Shown here one piece after another: positions 1 to 17,632 of a DNA stretch of 64,000 nt (position 1 is the first letter of the stretch; each line of letters opens with the position of its first letter). The notes beneath the pieces were generated by a model that was not told the DNA's origin, did not search any database, and was given only the letters and a program-made list of their open reading frames with translations. Location of the stretch: the NCBI RefSeq assembly GCF_009914755.1, contig NC_060939.1. One strand, 5' to 3'. The stretch is from the human T2T-CHM13v2.0 reference genome, Homo sapiens. The translations under genes and the position numbers were made by a program.

Positions 1-2649
1 CCAGCCTCACCACCCATCCCTTGCCTGTACCTGCTCTATATCCCCGCAGGGTGGGCACTACCACTCCACAACGACATCTCAACTCCATCCTTTGCTCTGG
101 CTTGGAATGCCTGTCCTACTCCTCTTCATTTTCAGAGCCTCTTCCCCCTCAACCCTGCCTCCCCTTACTCCCTTACTTAGAGAGAATCTTTTTCTAAAAA
201 AAGAGATGAGATGTTGCCCAGACTGGATTTAAACTCCTGAGCTCAAGTGATCCTCCCCGCTCAGCCTCCTGAGTAGTTGGGATTACAGACATGAGCCACC
301 CTGACCACCCAGCTAACTCCCTTACTTCTCCCTGAGCTTCCCCCAACCCTGTGCTCTAACCCCTCCGTGTTGATGACGCTGGCCTGCTGGCAGTCCTAAG
401 CTGTAGGCTGTCTCTCACAGGTGATGCCACTTTCCTGGGTGGCAGCCTTTTCCCTGAGAAAATTCAAATTGGTTTTAGGATTCCTGGTATCCCCTGTGGC
501 GTCTTGCATCCTGCATGTTCCATTAATATTTGAGGAAATGAATTGAAAGAATCCGGGGCCAGAGGCTCCTCCTTTTCTGCCAGGCCCCGCACCACCACTA
601 GGGGCTCCAGAGTGCATTCCTCCTATAGGGCTGTGATGCGGATGGAGCAGGAAGGAACGGCACTAAGGGAGGGTCCAAAAGGAAGCTAAGGGTCAGCAGA
701 GTGGCAGTTCCCCAGGAATTTGGTCTAAGCTTCTCTGCTTCCACCCTCCCCAAATAGAGCAGGGTGGTGCAAAAGAGCCCAGGCCTGCAGATTGGAAAAC
801 TGCAGGTCCAGCTCCACCACCCAAGGCCATGTGAGCTTAAGCAGGCCACGTCCTTTCTCTGGGCCTCAGCCCCCCAACTGTAAGTCAGGCAGTGGATGGC
901 ATCCAAAGCCCCTTCAAGCTCTAGGCTCTGCAGTTTCGAGATGGCACAACCTCCCAAGCTGGCTGTGAAAATTCCTACTGCTTTGGGCTCTAAGGCAGGA
1001 CGTGTAAAGGCGCAGGTCTCCTGGCCCCAGGTCAGGAAGAACAGGCTGCTGCAACCACACACTGCTGGGTCCAAGCCAGAGTGCCCTCTGGGGCAGTCCG
1101 ATCCTATCCATACTCCCCACTCCTGTCATTCTCCTCCAGCTTTATTTACTTCAACCAAATACTTCACCCACATACCTGACATCACCTCCAAAGCACGGCT
1201 GGAGGGAGGGGTCACATTCCCACAGGTGCCGCCACTGCCCAGCCCAGGGCCTGCCTGCCACCAGGAGGCAGAAATACCCTTGTCAAAACAAACCCACCCA
1301 GCTCATCCCGCCAGGGAGGCACCCATGGGAGAGGCCAACGTGCTCCTTTGTGTCCTGGGGGATCTGGCCAGAGGTGCCTGCTGTGGTGCCGACCAGAAGG
1401 TGGTTGTCCGGTGGGGCACCCATGGCCTGTGGGCCCAGCACAGCGTGTCCTGAAGTCTGAGCAGGATGAAGACACCCTTGGGGGGCTATGTCATAAAGTA
1501 CAAAAGACAAAGGCAAGTCTGGGTTCAAATCCCAGCTCTGCTGTTCACAGTATGAAAACTGGACAGACACTGGAGCTCTTAGAGGCTCAGTTTCCCATCT
1601 ATAAAATGGGGGCAAAACCTACTGAGCCACGGGGTTGTTCTGTGATTGAGAGAGATGGTTTATGTAAGGAGCAGCACCCAATGAGATTTCAGACAACAGT
1701 GGCTATGTTTGCTCATTCTTTTCTGGGATGCAGCATGAACAGTCATCCCTGGGAGCTCACAATGTTGGGGCTGCAAGGGACCTCAGAGATCATTTAGTCC
1801 CTTCATGTCAGAGCAGCCCAGAGACATCAAGAAACTACCAAGGTCACTGAGCAAGGACCTCCAGCCCAGTGCCCTCTCCAGATGCCCGTGTGGCCTGCCT
1901 GCTGCTGAGTGAGGCTGCTCTGCTCAGCAAAGCAGAGGCCCAGCCAGGGCTGTGCTGTGGGGACAAGGAAGCTGCCTACCAATCTTCACCGGCCATGTCA
2001 AGCACAGCCCCAGATTATTCAGGCAGTGCTGGGCAACCTGAGAAAGGAAGGCCGCTCCATGCTAGGCCTCTGTGGACAGGTTTTGAGGGTGCTCAGCTCC
2101 CTGTCCTCACACACTGTCGATGGGACCACAGCCAGCCCCTCCCCACAAGTCTTCAGTGTGGCCCATGCCCAATACGTGCCTCTGTGTGGCATTCAAGGCC
2201 CTGCTTCCCCACCTCCACTCCCTGCCCGCTTTCCCTCTGCTACCTCTCTGCTACCTCTTCATCACCCCATCCCACCCTGCAGTTCACTCTGCTGGAACAG
2301 CCTTCCTGACAAGCTCCTTCTCCCCCTCCCCACCCAGTTCCCACACACACTGGAACTTCTTCTATGATCTCCCTCCCCTCCAACACACAGCTAGTTGTCC
2401 CCAGCTTGCACACACCTCTGGCAGAGAATCAGCTGCACTACAATTCCTTCCTTACATGTCCTGTCCCCACTATACTAAAACCCCAAACCCCATAAGGAAG
2501 GACAAGGGCCTTGCCTTTCATTTCCATCCCCAGCACCCAAGGGCGGCTGGCATTATAGCAGGGCCCAGTTACTGTTTACTGGACAAATAAAGAAATGGGC
2601 CAATGCGGTCACATATGCATCTCTCACACATCCTGCTTTTGGAGAATAT

Positions 2650-2850
2650 AGATAATGGCTAAGCATGCACGCCTTGGAATCTGGGTTCGGATCCCAGCTC
2701 TGCCATTTATCAGCAGCCTGACACTGGGCAAGTTATTGAACCTCTCTCAGCATAGGTTTCTCACCTATAAATTAGGAATAACAATCATAAAACCTATCTC
2801 AAGAGGGTTACTAGGAGGATCAAACAAGGCATATAAAGTGGCCTATAGGT
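2650..2850. repeat. MIR (representative; similar relics near 1510, 4030, 4900, 5880, 30530, 32900, 37900, 43000, 61800, 63500)
   Basis: CTGGGTTCGGATCCCAGCTCTGCCATTTATCAGC...GGGCAAGTTATTGAACCTCTCTCAG MIR core. Confidence 0.75.
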
Positions 2851-3099
2851 GTTATCATAGTCTCTGTGACTATTTCCTTGATGATGTCTCTCCTTCCCAG
2901 AATGAGAATCTTTATCATCTGCCTATTGAACTCCTAACCACATTTCCAGGCCCTGCCCAAACCTTCTTTCCTCCAGAAGCATCATTTGGATATGCAGCCC
3001 AGCTCTTCTTCCTTCTCCCATCTCCATTCATGCAACAAGCTTGATCCATAGCACCAACCACCACCAAGAGCTCTGTGAGTGAGTCTTGCCTTCCCCACT

Positions 3100-3798
<699 letters not shown>

Positions 3799-3905
3799 CT
3801 GCTAGACTGCACACTGGCTGAAGGCAGGGCCTGCTTCTCACACTCCTCCTGCGTTCCTCCACACACGCAACCTAGAGGTCCGTGTAGAACAAAACTTGTA
3901 GCACT

Positions 3906-3979
3906 TCACAGTTTACAAAGGAGTCACATGTGTCTCATTTTGTCACAGTTTACAAAGAAGTCACATGTGTCTCATTTTG
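3906..3979. repeat. 37-bp tandem duplication
   Basis: TCACAGTTTACAAAG[G/A]AGTCACATGTGTCTCATTTTG x2, with one mismatch. Confidence 0.93.
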
Positions 3980-5384
3980 TCCTCACCCTGTGAAGCAAGT
4001 GCTGTCTTGCTTCTGACCCCTGTAAAACTGACCCCAGTTTTACAGATGAAGAAACCAAGGCACAAGAGATCGTTTGCCCACACTGCCTCAGCTAATAGGT
4101 AATGGAGCTGAGATTCAAGCACAGGCTGACCCCAAATCCTGTGTGCTCTCCACTCTCCCACATGGCCTCCCCTCCTCTAGCTGATGCCGGCGTGCCTTCT
4201 GAAATCACCCTTGCCTGCTGGTTTGCCATTTCCAACCTAGCTCTGGTGCCTCATCAGTTTGCTGTGCAGCTCCATGTTTTTCCCAGAAAACCCACAGTTG
4301 TGGCTTAGGAAAGGGCCTGAACTCAGTTGCACTTGGATTTGTTAAACCACAGCCTCTGGCTACTCACCCATGACTGCTTCCTCCTCTGGGGTAGGCCACT
4401 GTGTGGCTCTGACCTCCTGTTGCCCTACTGGGTAAAGCAGGAAAGAAAACCCTACCTGCTCTGTCTCTATACTCTCATGGGATAGAGGGAGAGAAATAAA
4501 AATTCACTTTCAAGGCCATTCCAGGACCACTGGCTTTCAGTCCTGGGCTAAGCAGCACACTGGCTTTATGGTCTGTGCCACACACCACCAGCATTTGCCT
4601 TGGGCTCTCCCTTCCCTTCCCTTTATCAGACCCTCAAAGCCAACGGGTGAGACTGGGATGGATGTTGCTCCCATCTAACCAGTGAGGAGCCTGAGCCTGG
4701 ATTCAGGCATTCTGAGGACCTAGCTGTGCTTTAGGGGCCCCCCATCTGTGCTAATTGCCTATCGGAATTCCCAAACCAACTAAATCCAACTCACCAGGAG
4801 TTGGCTCCAAGATGCATGACTTCAAAGCAAGCCTGCAAGGAAGTCAAAATCAGTTGGGGTCCAGTGTTTAGAAAACCAATGCTACAGAGGGCCCCATCCT
4901 TAGGTAGATAGGAGTTCGATTCCACTTCTACCCATCCTAGCTCTGTGATCTTGGCAAGTCACTCATCGCTTTCAGCCTTGGGTCCCTCACTTGCAAAATG
5001 GGAATGTTAATATGGTAAAGCAAATATGGCTGAATGTTGAATGTAAGGAGAGGGTTTAATGATGTCTATTGTATTCTCCCAATTTCTTCAAATGTTCTGA
5101 AATTTTTTTCCCAATAAAAAGTTTTGAGGGAAAAAGACTTCCATGCTGTGACTGCTGATAGAAACTCTTTGGTCTGGACCTGAACCTTTACAGTCTCATC
5201 CTAACAGATCTTGCCAGTTCGATTTCTACCAAGTCTTACCTCCACTTCATGCCTTCAGGTTTTAGTATGGAAATAGCTCCAGGCATAAGTTCTACTTTCA
5301 AATGTATGCACATTCTATAGCAATTAATAAAATACAAATTAAATTTTTAAGTATGAGGGATAACTTATTAGAAAGAGAAAACAA

Positions 5385-5696
<312 letters not shown>

Positions 5697-7117
5697 TAGA
5701 AAGAAAAAAACAACTATTAGAAAGAAAAAACCACTGTTTTATTTTTTTTATTTTTTATTTTTTTGGATTAACTGTGTGTAAAAGGCATAACCTAAGGAAG
5801 TAAGAAATCCGTAATGTTAGAATCTGGTAAAATAAAACTTGGTGACCTCCAGCTTTGTTTAGTGTTTCCTCACTGGCTAAGTTCAAGTCTCAGCCCTGTC
5901 ACTTAATACTGTGTAATCTTGGGCAAGTTACTTAACCTCTCTAAATCTCCATTGCCTATATGTAAAAAAGTGACAAGATCCTGTACTTCAGTGAGGATCA
6001 AATGAGAAAACAGACATGTAAACACATCATGTTCTAGAAAGTTCCACACACATTTGAAGTATTAACATCCTCATGACAGCTTGGCCAGCAGACTTCATCA
6101 CACATTATTAAAGGACAGCTCGCAGAATGACTCAGGGCATAGAGGAATTTGGATTTTTTGGAATATCTTACTCAAGGATTCATGCCTCTTAACACTGTTT
6201 ATATAAAGCAATTCCCCCCTCCCCGGGGTTCTGGATTCCTGGCCTGCATAGAATTTTCATCAATTCTCATGACTTGTTATTTTGACATAAAATACCATCA
6301 GACCTGAAAACTTCACCTTCCATTTCTGAGTTCTCAAGTTGGATCAGGCTTGGGTGCAGATTGGGGGTGGAGGAAGGACATACCATTACTCAGAGGGGAA
6401 GCTACCAAATCCAAAACAAACACAAAACCACATAAAAATGCCCTCTACAAGGCCTCTGTGTTGGAATCATGCAAGGGGGTGCGGTTCCTGGGTGATACTG
6501 AGCCCTGTTTCCTGGTGATCCATCCCGTGGAAGGTACATCTAGTGCTACCAGGTACCGAAGGGCAGTCAGCCCCAGTGTCCCTTCCATCTATGTCAAGAT
6601 AGGTGACATCGTCTATGCACATCACCTCCACCTACCCACATCAGCAGGCTTTCTGTGGTGGATGTACAACACACACCAGGATGATTTCCACTCTGCAGAG
6701 ACAGAGAGCGCACTCCTTGGCAGCGAGCATTTGTTTGTGATAATTGGTTACCTTTTATTTCCGATGGCATCCCCACCGAGTCTCACTATGGCCAGCTCCT
6801 AGTAGATGATGGGCTCCTGGAAGGCTGGTACCATAGCACATTGATGTTTGTCACTCTACCCCCTGGCATACAGTAGACCTTCAACAAATGTTCGTATCAG
6901 TAAATTGAAATCCACCTGCAATCTCTTCTGTATTTTCCAGGTAAGACATGAAAGGGCCTTGGCCATCCGTGTGTGTGCCTGGTTTTCACTAACGCATTCA
7001 CTCATTCATTCACCCATTCACTCATTTGTTCGACACTGAGGAACTCAGCATGTGTTGGGCACTAGGTAGCAGAAAGTGACTCACTGTGATCAATGCTCAG
7101 CAGAAGTTTGTACACAG

Positions 7118-7461
<344 letters not shown>

Positions 7462-8148
7462 TTACGCTTTTCAGAGGTGGCAAGGATGGTGAAAGTGTTC
7501 CGGAGGAAATGGCAATTCTGTTGGGCCTTGAGTGATTAGCAGGAAATCCATGAGCAGAAAAAAGGAAGAGCAGCAGCATCTGGGATGAGAATAGCACAAA
7601 CAGAGGAGAAGAGAGGCCAGGGTATGTATCTGTATCTTGTTGCCCGGGGCTAGGTTTTGGAGAGAGGAACAGTGGATGAGGACAGAAATAGGGCTAAGGC
7701 AGTACAAGAAAGGCCCGAGAATGTCATGCTAAGAGTGGGTTCATTCATCCTATGGCTAACAAGGACTCATCACAGATTTTTGGGCAAGAGCATTCCATGA
7801 TCTGTTTTTTTTTTATTTATTTTTTTATTTTTGTGGGTACATAGTAGGTGTATATATTTATGGGGTATGTGAGATATTTTGATACAGGCATACAATGCAT
7901 AATAATCATATCAGGATGAACAGGGTATCCATCATCTCAAGCATTTACCCTTTGTGTTACAAACAAAGCAATTATGCTCTTTTAGTAATTTTTAAATGTA
8001 CAATAACTTATTGTTGGCTATACTCTATTGTGCTATCAAATACTAGATCATCTTCATTTATCTAACTACATATTTGTACCCATTAACCAGTCTCCCTTCC
8101 CCCCACCCCTGGCCTGGCCCCTCTACCCTTCTGAGGCTCTGGCAACCA

Positions 8149-8450
8149 GAAATTTTATTTCCATGGGCTTTGGGGGAACAGGTGGTGTTTGGTTACATAA
8201 GTTCTTTAGTGGTAATTTGTGAGATTTTGGTGTTCCCATCACTTGAGTAGTATACAATGAACCCAATTTGCAGTCTTTTATACCTCACCCCCCTCCCACC
8301 CTTCCCCCGAGTCCCCAAAGTCCATTGTATCATTCTTGTGCCTTTGCATCCTCATAGCTTAGCTTCCACTTATGAGTGAGAACATACAATGTTTGGTTTC
8401 CATTCCTGAGTTTCTTCACTTAGGATAATAGTCTCCAGCTCCATCCAAGT
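8149..8450 (-). mobile_element. 5'-truncated L1PB-like 3' fragment inserted in the old L1 3'UTR
   Basis: TTTTATTTCCATGGGCTTTGGGGGAACAGGTGGTGTTTGGTTACAT 3'-end signature, flanked by an exact 11-bp TSD TCTGGCAACCA at 8138-8148 and 8451-8461. Confidence 0.8.
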
Positions 8451-10724
8451 TCTGGCAACCATTTTTCTACTCTCAATATCTCATGAGTTCAACTGTTTTA
8501 ATTTTTAGCGTGCATAAATGAGAACATACAAAGTTTGTCTTTCTGTACCTGGCTTATTTCACTTAACATAATGACCTTCAGTTCCATCCAAGTTGTTGCA
8601 TATGACAGGATCTCATTCTTTTTATGGCTCAATAGTACTTATTTGTGTATATTTACCACATTTTCTTTATCCATTTGTCTGCTGAGGGACACTTTGGTGG
8701 CTTCCAATTCTTGGCAATTGTGAACAGTGCTGCAATAAACACACAAGTGCAGATATTTCTCCAATATACTAATTTCCTTTCTTGTGGGTATATATCTAGC
8801 AGTGGGATTGCTGGATCGTTATGTTAGTTCTATTTTTAGTTTTTTGAGGAACCTCCAAATGTTCTCCATAGTGGTTGTATTAACTTACATTCCCACCAAC
8901 AGTGTACAAGGGTTCCCCTTTCTCAGCATTGTTACCAGCATGTTACTGACTGTCTTTTGGATAAAAGCCATTTTAAATGGGGTGAGATGATGTCTCACTG
9001 GAGTTTTGATTTGCATTTCTCTGATGATCAATGGTGTTGAGCACCTTTTCATACACCTGTTTGCCATTTGTATGTCTTCTTTTTAGAAATGTCTATTCAG
9101 ATCTTTTGCCCATTTTTTAACCTTTCCTGTGATGCTGATTTTGCCCATTTTTAAATCAGATTATTAGATTTTTTTCCTACAGACTTGTTTGAGCTCCTTA
9201 TATATTCTGGTTATTAATCCCTTGTCAAATGGGTTGTTTGTAAATATTTTCTCCCATTCTGTGGGTTGTCTCTACTTTGTTGATTGTTTTCTTTGCTGTG
9301 CAGAAGCTTTTTAACTTGATGTGATCCCATTTGTCTATGTTTCTTGGTTACCTGTGCTTGTGGGGTATTACTCAAGAAATCTTTGCCTAATCCAATGTCT
9401 TGGAAAGTTTCTCCAATGTTTTCTTTTAGTAGTTTCATAGTTTGAAATCTTAGATTTAAGTCTTTAATCCATTTTGAATTTTTCTATATGGTAAGAAACA
9501 GGGGTCTAGTTTTATTCTTCTGTATGTGGATATGTAGTTTTCTCAATACCATTTATTGAAGAGACTGTCCTTTCCCCAGTTATGTTGTTGGCACCGTTGT
9601 CGAAAATGAGTTCACTGTAGATGTATGTATTTGTTTCTGAGTTCTCTACTCTGTTTCTTTGGTCTATGTGTCTGTTTTTATACCAGTACAATGCTGTTTT
9701 GGTTACTATATAGCTTTGTCATATAATTTGAAGTCAGATAATGTGATTCCTCCACTTTTGTTCTTTTTTCTCAGGATAGTTTTGGCTATTCTGTGTCTTT
9801 TGTGGTTCCATATACATTTTAGGTTTTGTTTTTTCTATTTCGGTTAAGAATGTCATTGGTATTTTTATAGGGATTGCATTGAATCTGTAGGTTGCTTTAG
9901 GTAGTATGGACATTTTAACAATATTAATTCTTCCAATCCATGAACATAGAATATCTTTCCATTTTTTTGTGTGTCCTCTTCAATTTCTCTCATCAATGTT
10001 TTATAGTTTTCATTATAGAGATCTTTCACATATTTTGTTCTTTGGTTAAGTTAATCCTAGGTTTCTTTTTAGCTATTGTAAGTGAGATTACTTTCTTGAT
10101 TTCTTTTTCAGATAGTTCGCTGTTGGCATATAGAAATACTACTGATGTTTACATGTTGATTTTGTATCCTGCAACTTTACTGAATTCGTTTATCAGTTCT
10201 AACAATTTTTTGGTGGAGTCTTCAGGTTTTTCCAAATATGAGATCATATCTGCAAACAAGGATAATTTTACCTCTTCCTGTCCAATTTGGACGCCCTTTA
10301 TTTCTTTCTCTTGTCTGATTGCTCTAGCTAGGACTTCCAGTATTATGTTGAATAACAGTGGTGAAAGTGGGCATCCTTGTTGTGTTACAGATTTTAGAGG
10401 AAAGGCTTTCAGGTTTTACCCACTCAGTATGATACTAGCAGTGGGTCTGTTATATACGGCTTTTATTGTGTTGAGATATTTATCATGTGGGGATGTTGAA
10501 TTCTATCAAATGCTTTTTCAGCTTCAATTGAAATGATTATGTTTTTTTCCTTAACTCTGTTGGTATAATGCATCAATGTTCATCAAGGATATGGTCCATA
10601 GTTTTCTTTGATGTGTTTTTGTCTGGTTTTGGTATAAGGATAATACTGGCCTCTTAGAACGACTTTGGAAGTATTCCCCCCTCCATTTTTCAGCATAGTT
10701 TGAGTAGGATTGGTATTAGTTCTT

Positions 10725-11028
10725 TGTTGTTGTTGTCGTCATTGTTTGAGACAGGGTCTCACTCTGTCACCGAGGCTGGAGTGAAATGGGGTGATCATGG
10801 CTCACGTGGCCTCTGCCTCCAGGGCTTAGGTGATCCTCCCATCTCAGCCTCCCAACTAACTGGGACTACAGGCATGCACCACCACACCCAGCTAATTTTT
10901 GTATTTTCAGTAGAGACAGGGCTTCTCCATGTTGCCCAGGTTGGTCTTGAACTCCTGAGCTCAAGTGCTCTCCCCACCTCAGCCTCCCAAAGTGCTGGGA
11001 TTATAGGCATGAGCCACAGCACCTGGCC
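10725..11028 (-). repeat. AluJ inside the old L1
   Basis: TSD TGGTATTAGTTCTT / TGGCATTAGTTCTT. Confidence 0.9.
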
Positions 11029-11739
11029 TGGCATTAGTTCTTATTTAAATGTTTGATAGAATTTAGCAGTAAAGCCATAGGGCCCCAGGCTTTTCTTTGC
11101 CAGAAAACTTCATATTACAGCTTTGATCTTCTTACTTGTTATTGGTGTGCAGGTTTTGGATTTCTTCATGGTTCAATCCTGGTAGGTTGTACCTGTCTAG
11201 AAATGTATCCATTTCTTCTAGGTTGTCCAGCCTATTGGAAATCATATAGTTGCTCACAGTAGCCACTAATGATCCTTTGAGTTTCCGCAGTATCAGTTGT
11301 AATGTCTCCTTTTTCGTCTCTGATTTTATTTATTTGGGTCTTTTTTCCTCTTAGTAGGTCTGGTTAAAAGTTTGTTGATTTTACCTTTTCAAAAAACCAA
11401 CTTTTTTGTTTCACTGATCTTTTGTATTGTTTTCTTCATTTCACTTTTATTTATCTCTGTTCTGATCTTTATTATTTCTTTTCTTCTACTAATTTTGGAT
11501 TTGGTTTGCAAAAGCCCTCTTAATACTGCTTTCAATATACCCCATAGGTTTTGGTATGTTGTATTCCCATTATCATTTTTTTCAAGAAATTTTTCAATTT
11601 CCTTCTTAATTTCTTCAATAGCCCACTGGTCATTCAGAAGCATATTATTTAATTCCCATGTGTTTGTATAGTTTCCAAAATTCCTCGTTATTATTTTTCA
11701 GTTTTTTTCCATTGTGGTCAGAGAAGATACTTGATATGA

Positions 11740-12047
<308 letters not shown>

Positions 12048-12734
12048 AAAAATTTTTTAAAGACTTTTATTGTGGCCTAACATATGGTCCATGCTTGAGA
12101 ATGATCCATGTGCTGAGCAGAATGTGTATTCTGCAACTATTAGATGAAACGTTCTGTAAATATCTATTAGGTCCATTTGGTCTATAATGCATATTAAGTC
12201 CTATGTTTCTTTGTTGATTTTCTGTCTGGATGATCTGTCCAATGCTGAAAGCAAGGTCCTCCAATGTTGGATGCATACATATTTACAACTGTTATATCTT
12301 CTTGCTTAACTGACCCTTTTATCATTATATAATGGCTTTGTCTCTCTAAAGTTTTTATCCTGAAATCTATTTTGTCTGATGTAAATATAGCTACTCCTGC
12401 TCTTTTTTAGTTTCCATTGGCCTGGAAAATCTTTTTTCATCCCTTTACTTTTAGTCTATGTGTGCCTTTGTAGGTGAAATGCATTTCTTGTAGGCAACAT
12501 ATCATTGGGTCTGGTTTTTTCTTTATTATTATTATACATTAAGTTCTAGGGTACATGGGCACAACGCGCAGGTTTGTTACATATGTATACATGTGCCATG
12601 TTGGTATGCTGCACCCGTTAACTCGTCATTTACATTAGGTGTATCTCCTAATGCTATCCCTCCCCCCTCCCCCCACCCCATGACAGGCCCCGGTGTGTGA
12701 TGTTCCCCACCCCGTGTCCAAGTGTTCTCATTGT

Positions 12735-16544
<3,810 letters not shown>

Positions 16545-16607
16545 TATGATGTTAGCTGGCTATTTTGCTCATTAGTTGATGCAGTTTCTTCCTAGCACTG
16601 ATAGTCT

Positions 16608-17632
16608 TTACAATTTGGCATGTTTTTGCAGTGGCTGGTACCAGTTGTTCCTTTCCATATTTAGTGCTTCCTTCAGGAGCTCTTGTAAGGCAGGCCTGGT
16701 GGTGACAACATCTCTCAGCATTTGTTTGTCTGTAAAGGATTTTATTTCTCCTTCACTTATGAAGCTTAGTTTGCTAGATGTGAGATTCTGGGTTGAAAAT
16801 TCTTTTCTTTAAGAATGTTGAATATTGGCCCCCACTCTCTTCTGGCTTGTAGGGTTTCTGCCGAGAGATCTGCTGTTAGTCTGACGGGCTTCCCTTTGTG
16901 GGTAACCCGACCTTTCTCTCTGGCTGCCATTAACATTTTTTTCCTTTATTTCAACTTTGGTGAATCTGACAATTATGTGTCTTGGATTTGCTCTTCTTGA
17001 GGAGTATCTTTGTGGCGTTCTCTGTATTTCCTGAATTTGAATGTTGGCCTGTCTCACTAGGTTGGGGAAGTTCTACTGGATAATATCCTGAAGAGTGTTT
17101 TCCAACCTGGTTCCACTCTCCCCGTCACTTTCAGGTACACTAATCAAACGTAGATTTGGTCTTTTCACGTAGTCCATATTTCTTGGAGGCTTTTTTTGTT
17201 TCTTTTTACTCTTTTTCCTCTAAACTTCTCTTCTCACTTCATTTCATTCATTTGATCTTCAATCACTGATACCCTTTCTTCCACTTGATCAAATCAGCTA
17301 CTGAAGCTTGTGTATGCGTCACATAGTTCTCGTGCCAGGGTTTTCAGCTCCATCAGGTCATTTAAGGACTTCTCTACACTGTTTATTCTAGTCAGCCATT
17401 CGTCTAATCTTTTTTCAAGGTTTTTAGCTTATTTGCGATGGGTTCGAACATCCTCCTTTAGCTCAGAGAAGTTTGTTATTACCGATCGTCTGAAGCCTTC
17501 TTCTCTCAACTTGTCAAAGTCATTCTCCGTCCAGCTTTGTTCCATTGCTGGCGAGGAGCTGCGTTCCTTTGGAGGAGAAGAGGCCCTCTGATTTCTAGAA
17601 TTTTCAGCTTTTCTGCTCTGATTTCTCCCCAT
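16608..17632 (-). pseudogene. L1PA ORF1 (RNA-binding protein), disrupted
   Basis: MGRNQSRKAENSRNQRASSPPKERSSSPAMEQSWTENDFD... with a premature stop at 17429. Further fragment RQANIQIQEIQRTPQRYSSRR with a frameshift; native stop at 16608. Confidence 0.88.

Noticed and set aside
396-2590. Overlapping 110-185 aa ORFs on both strands
   Set aside because: No domain signature; Pro/Ser/Cys-rich composition typical of GC-rich intronic DNA, partly MIR.
9940-10536. 198-aa hydrophobic plus-strand ORF resembling a membrane protein
   Set aside because: Antisense reading of the A-rich L1 ORF2, which typically gives Phe/Ile/Leu-rich frames.
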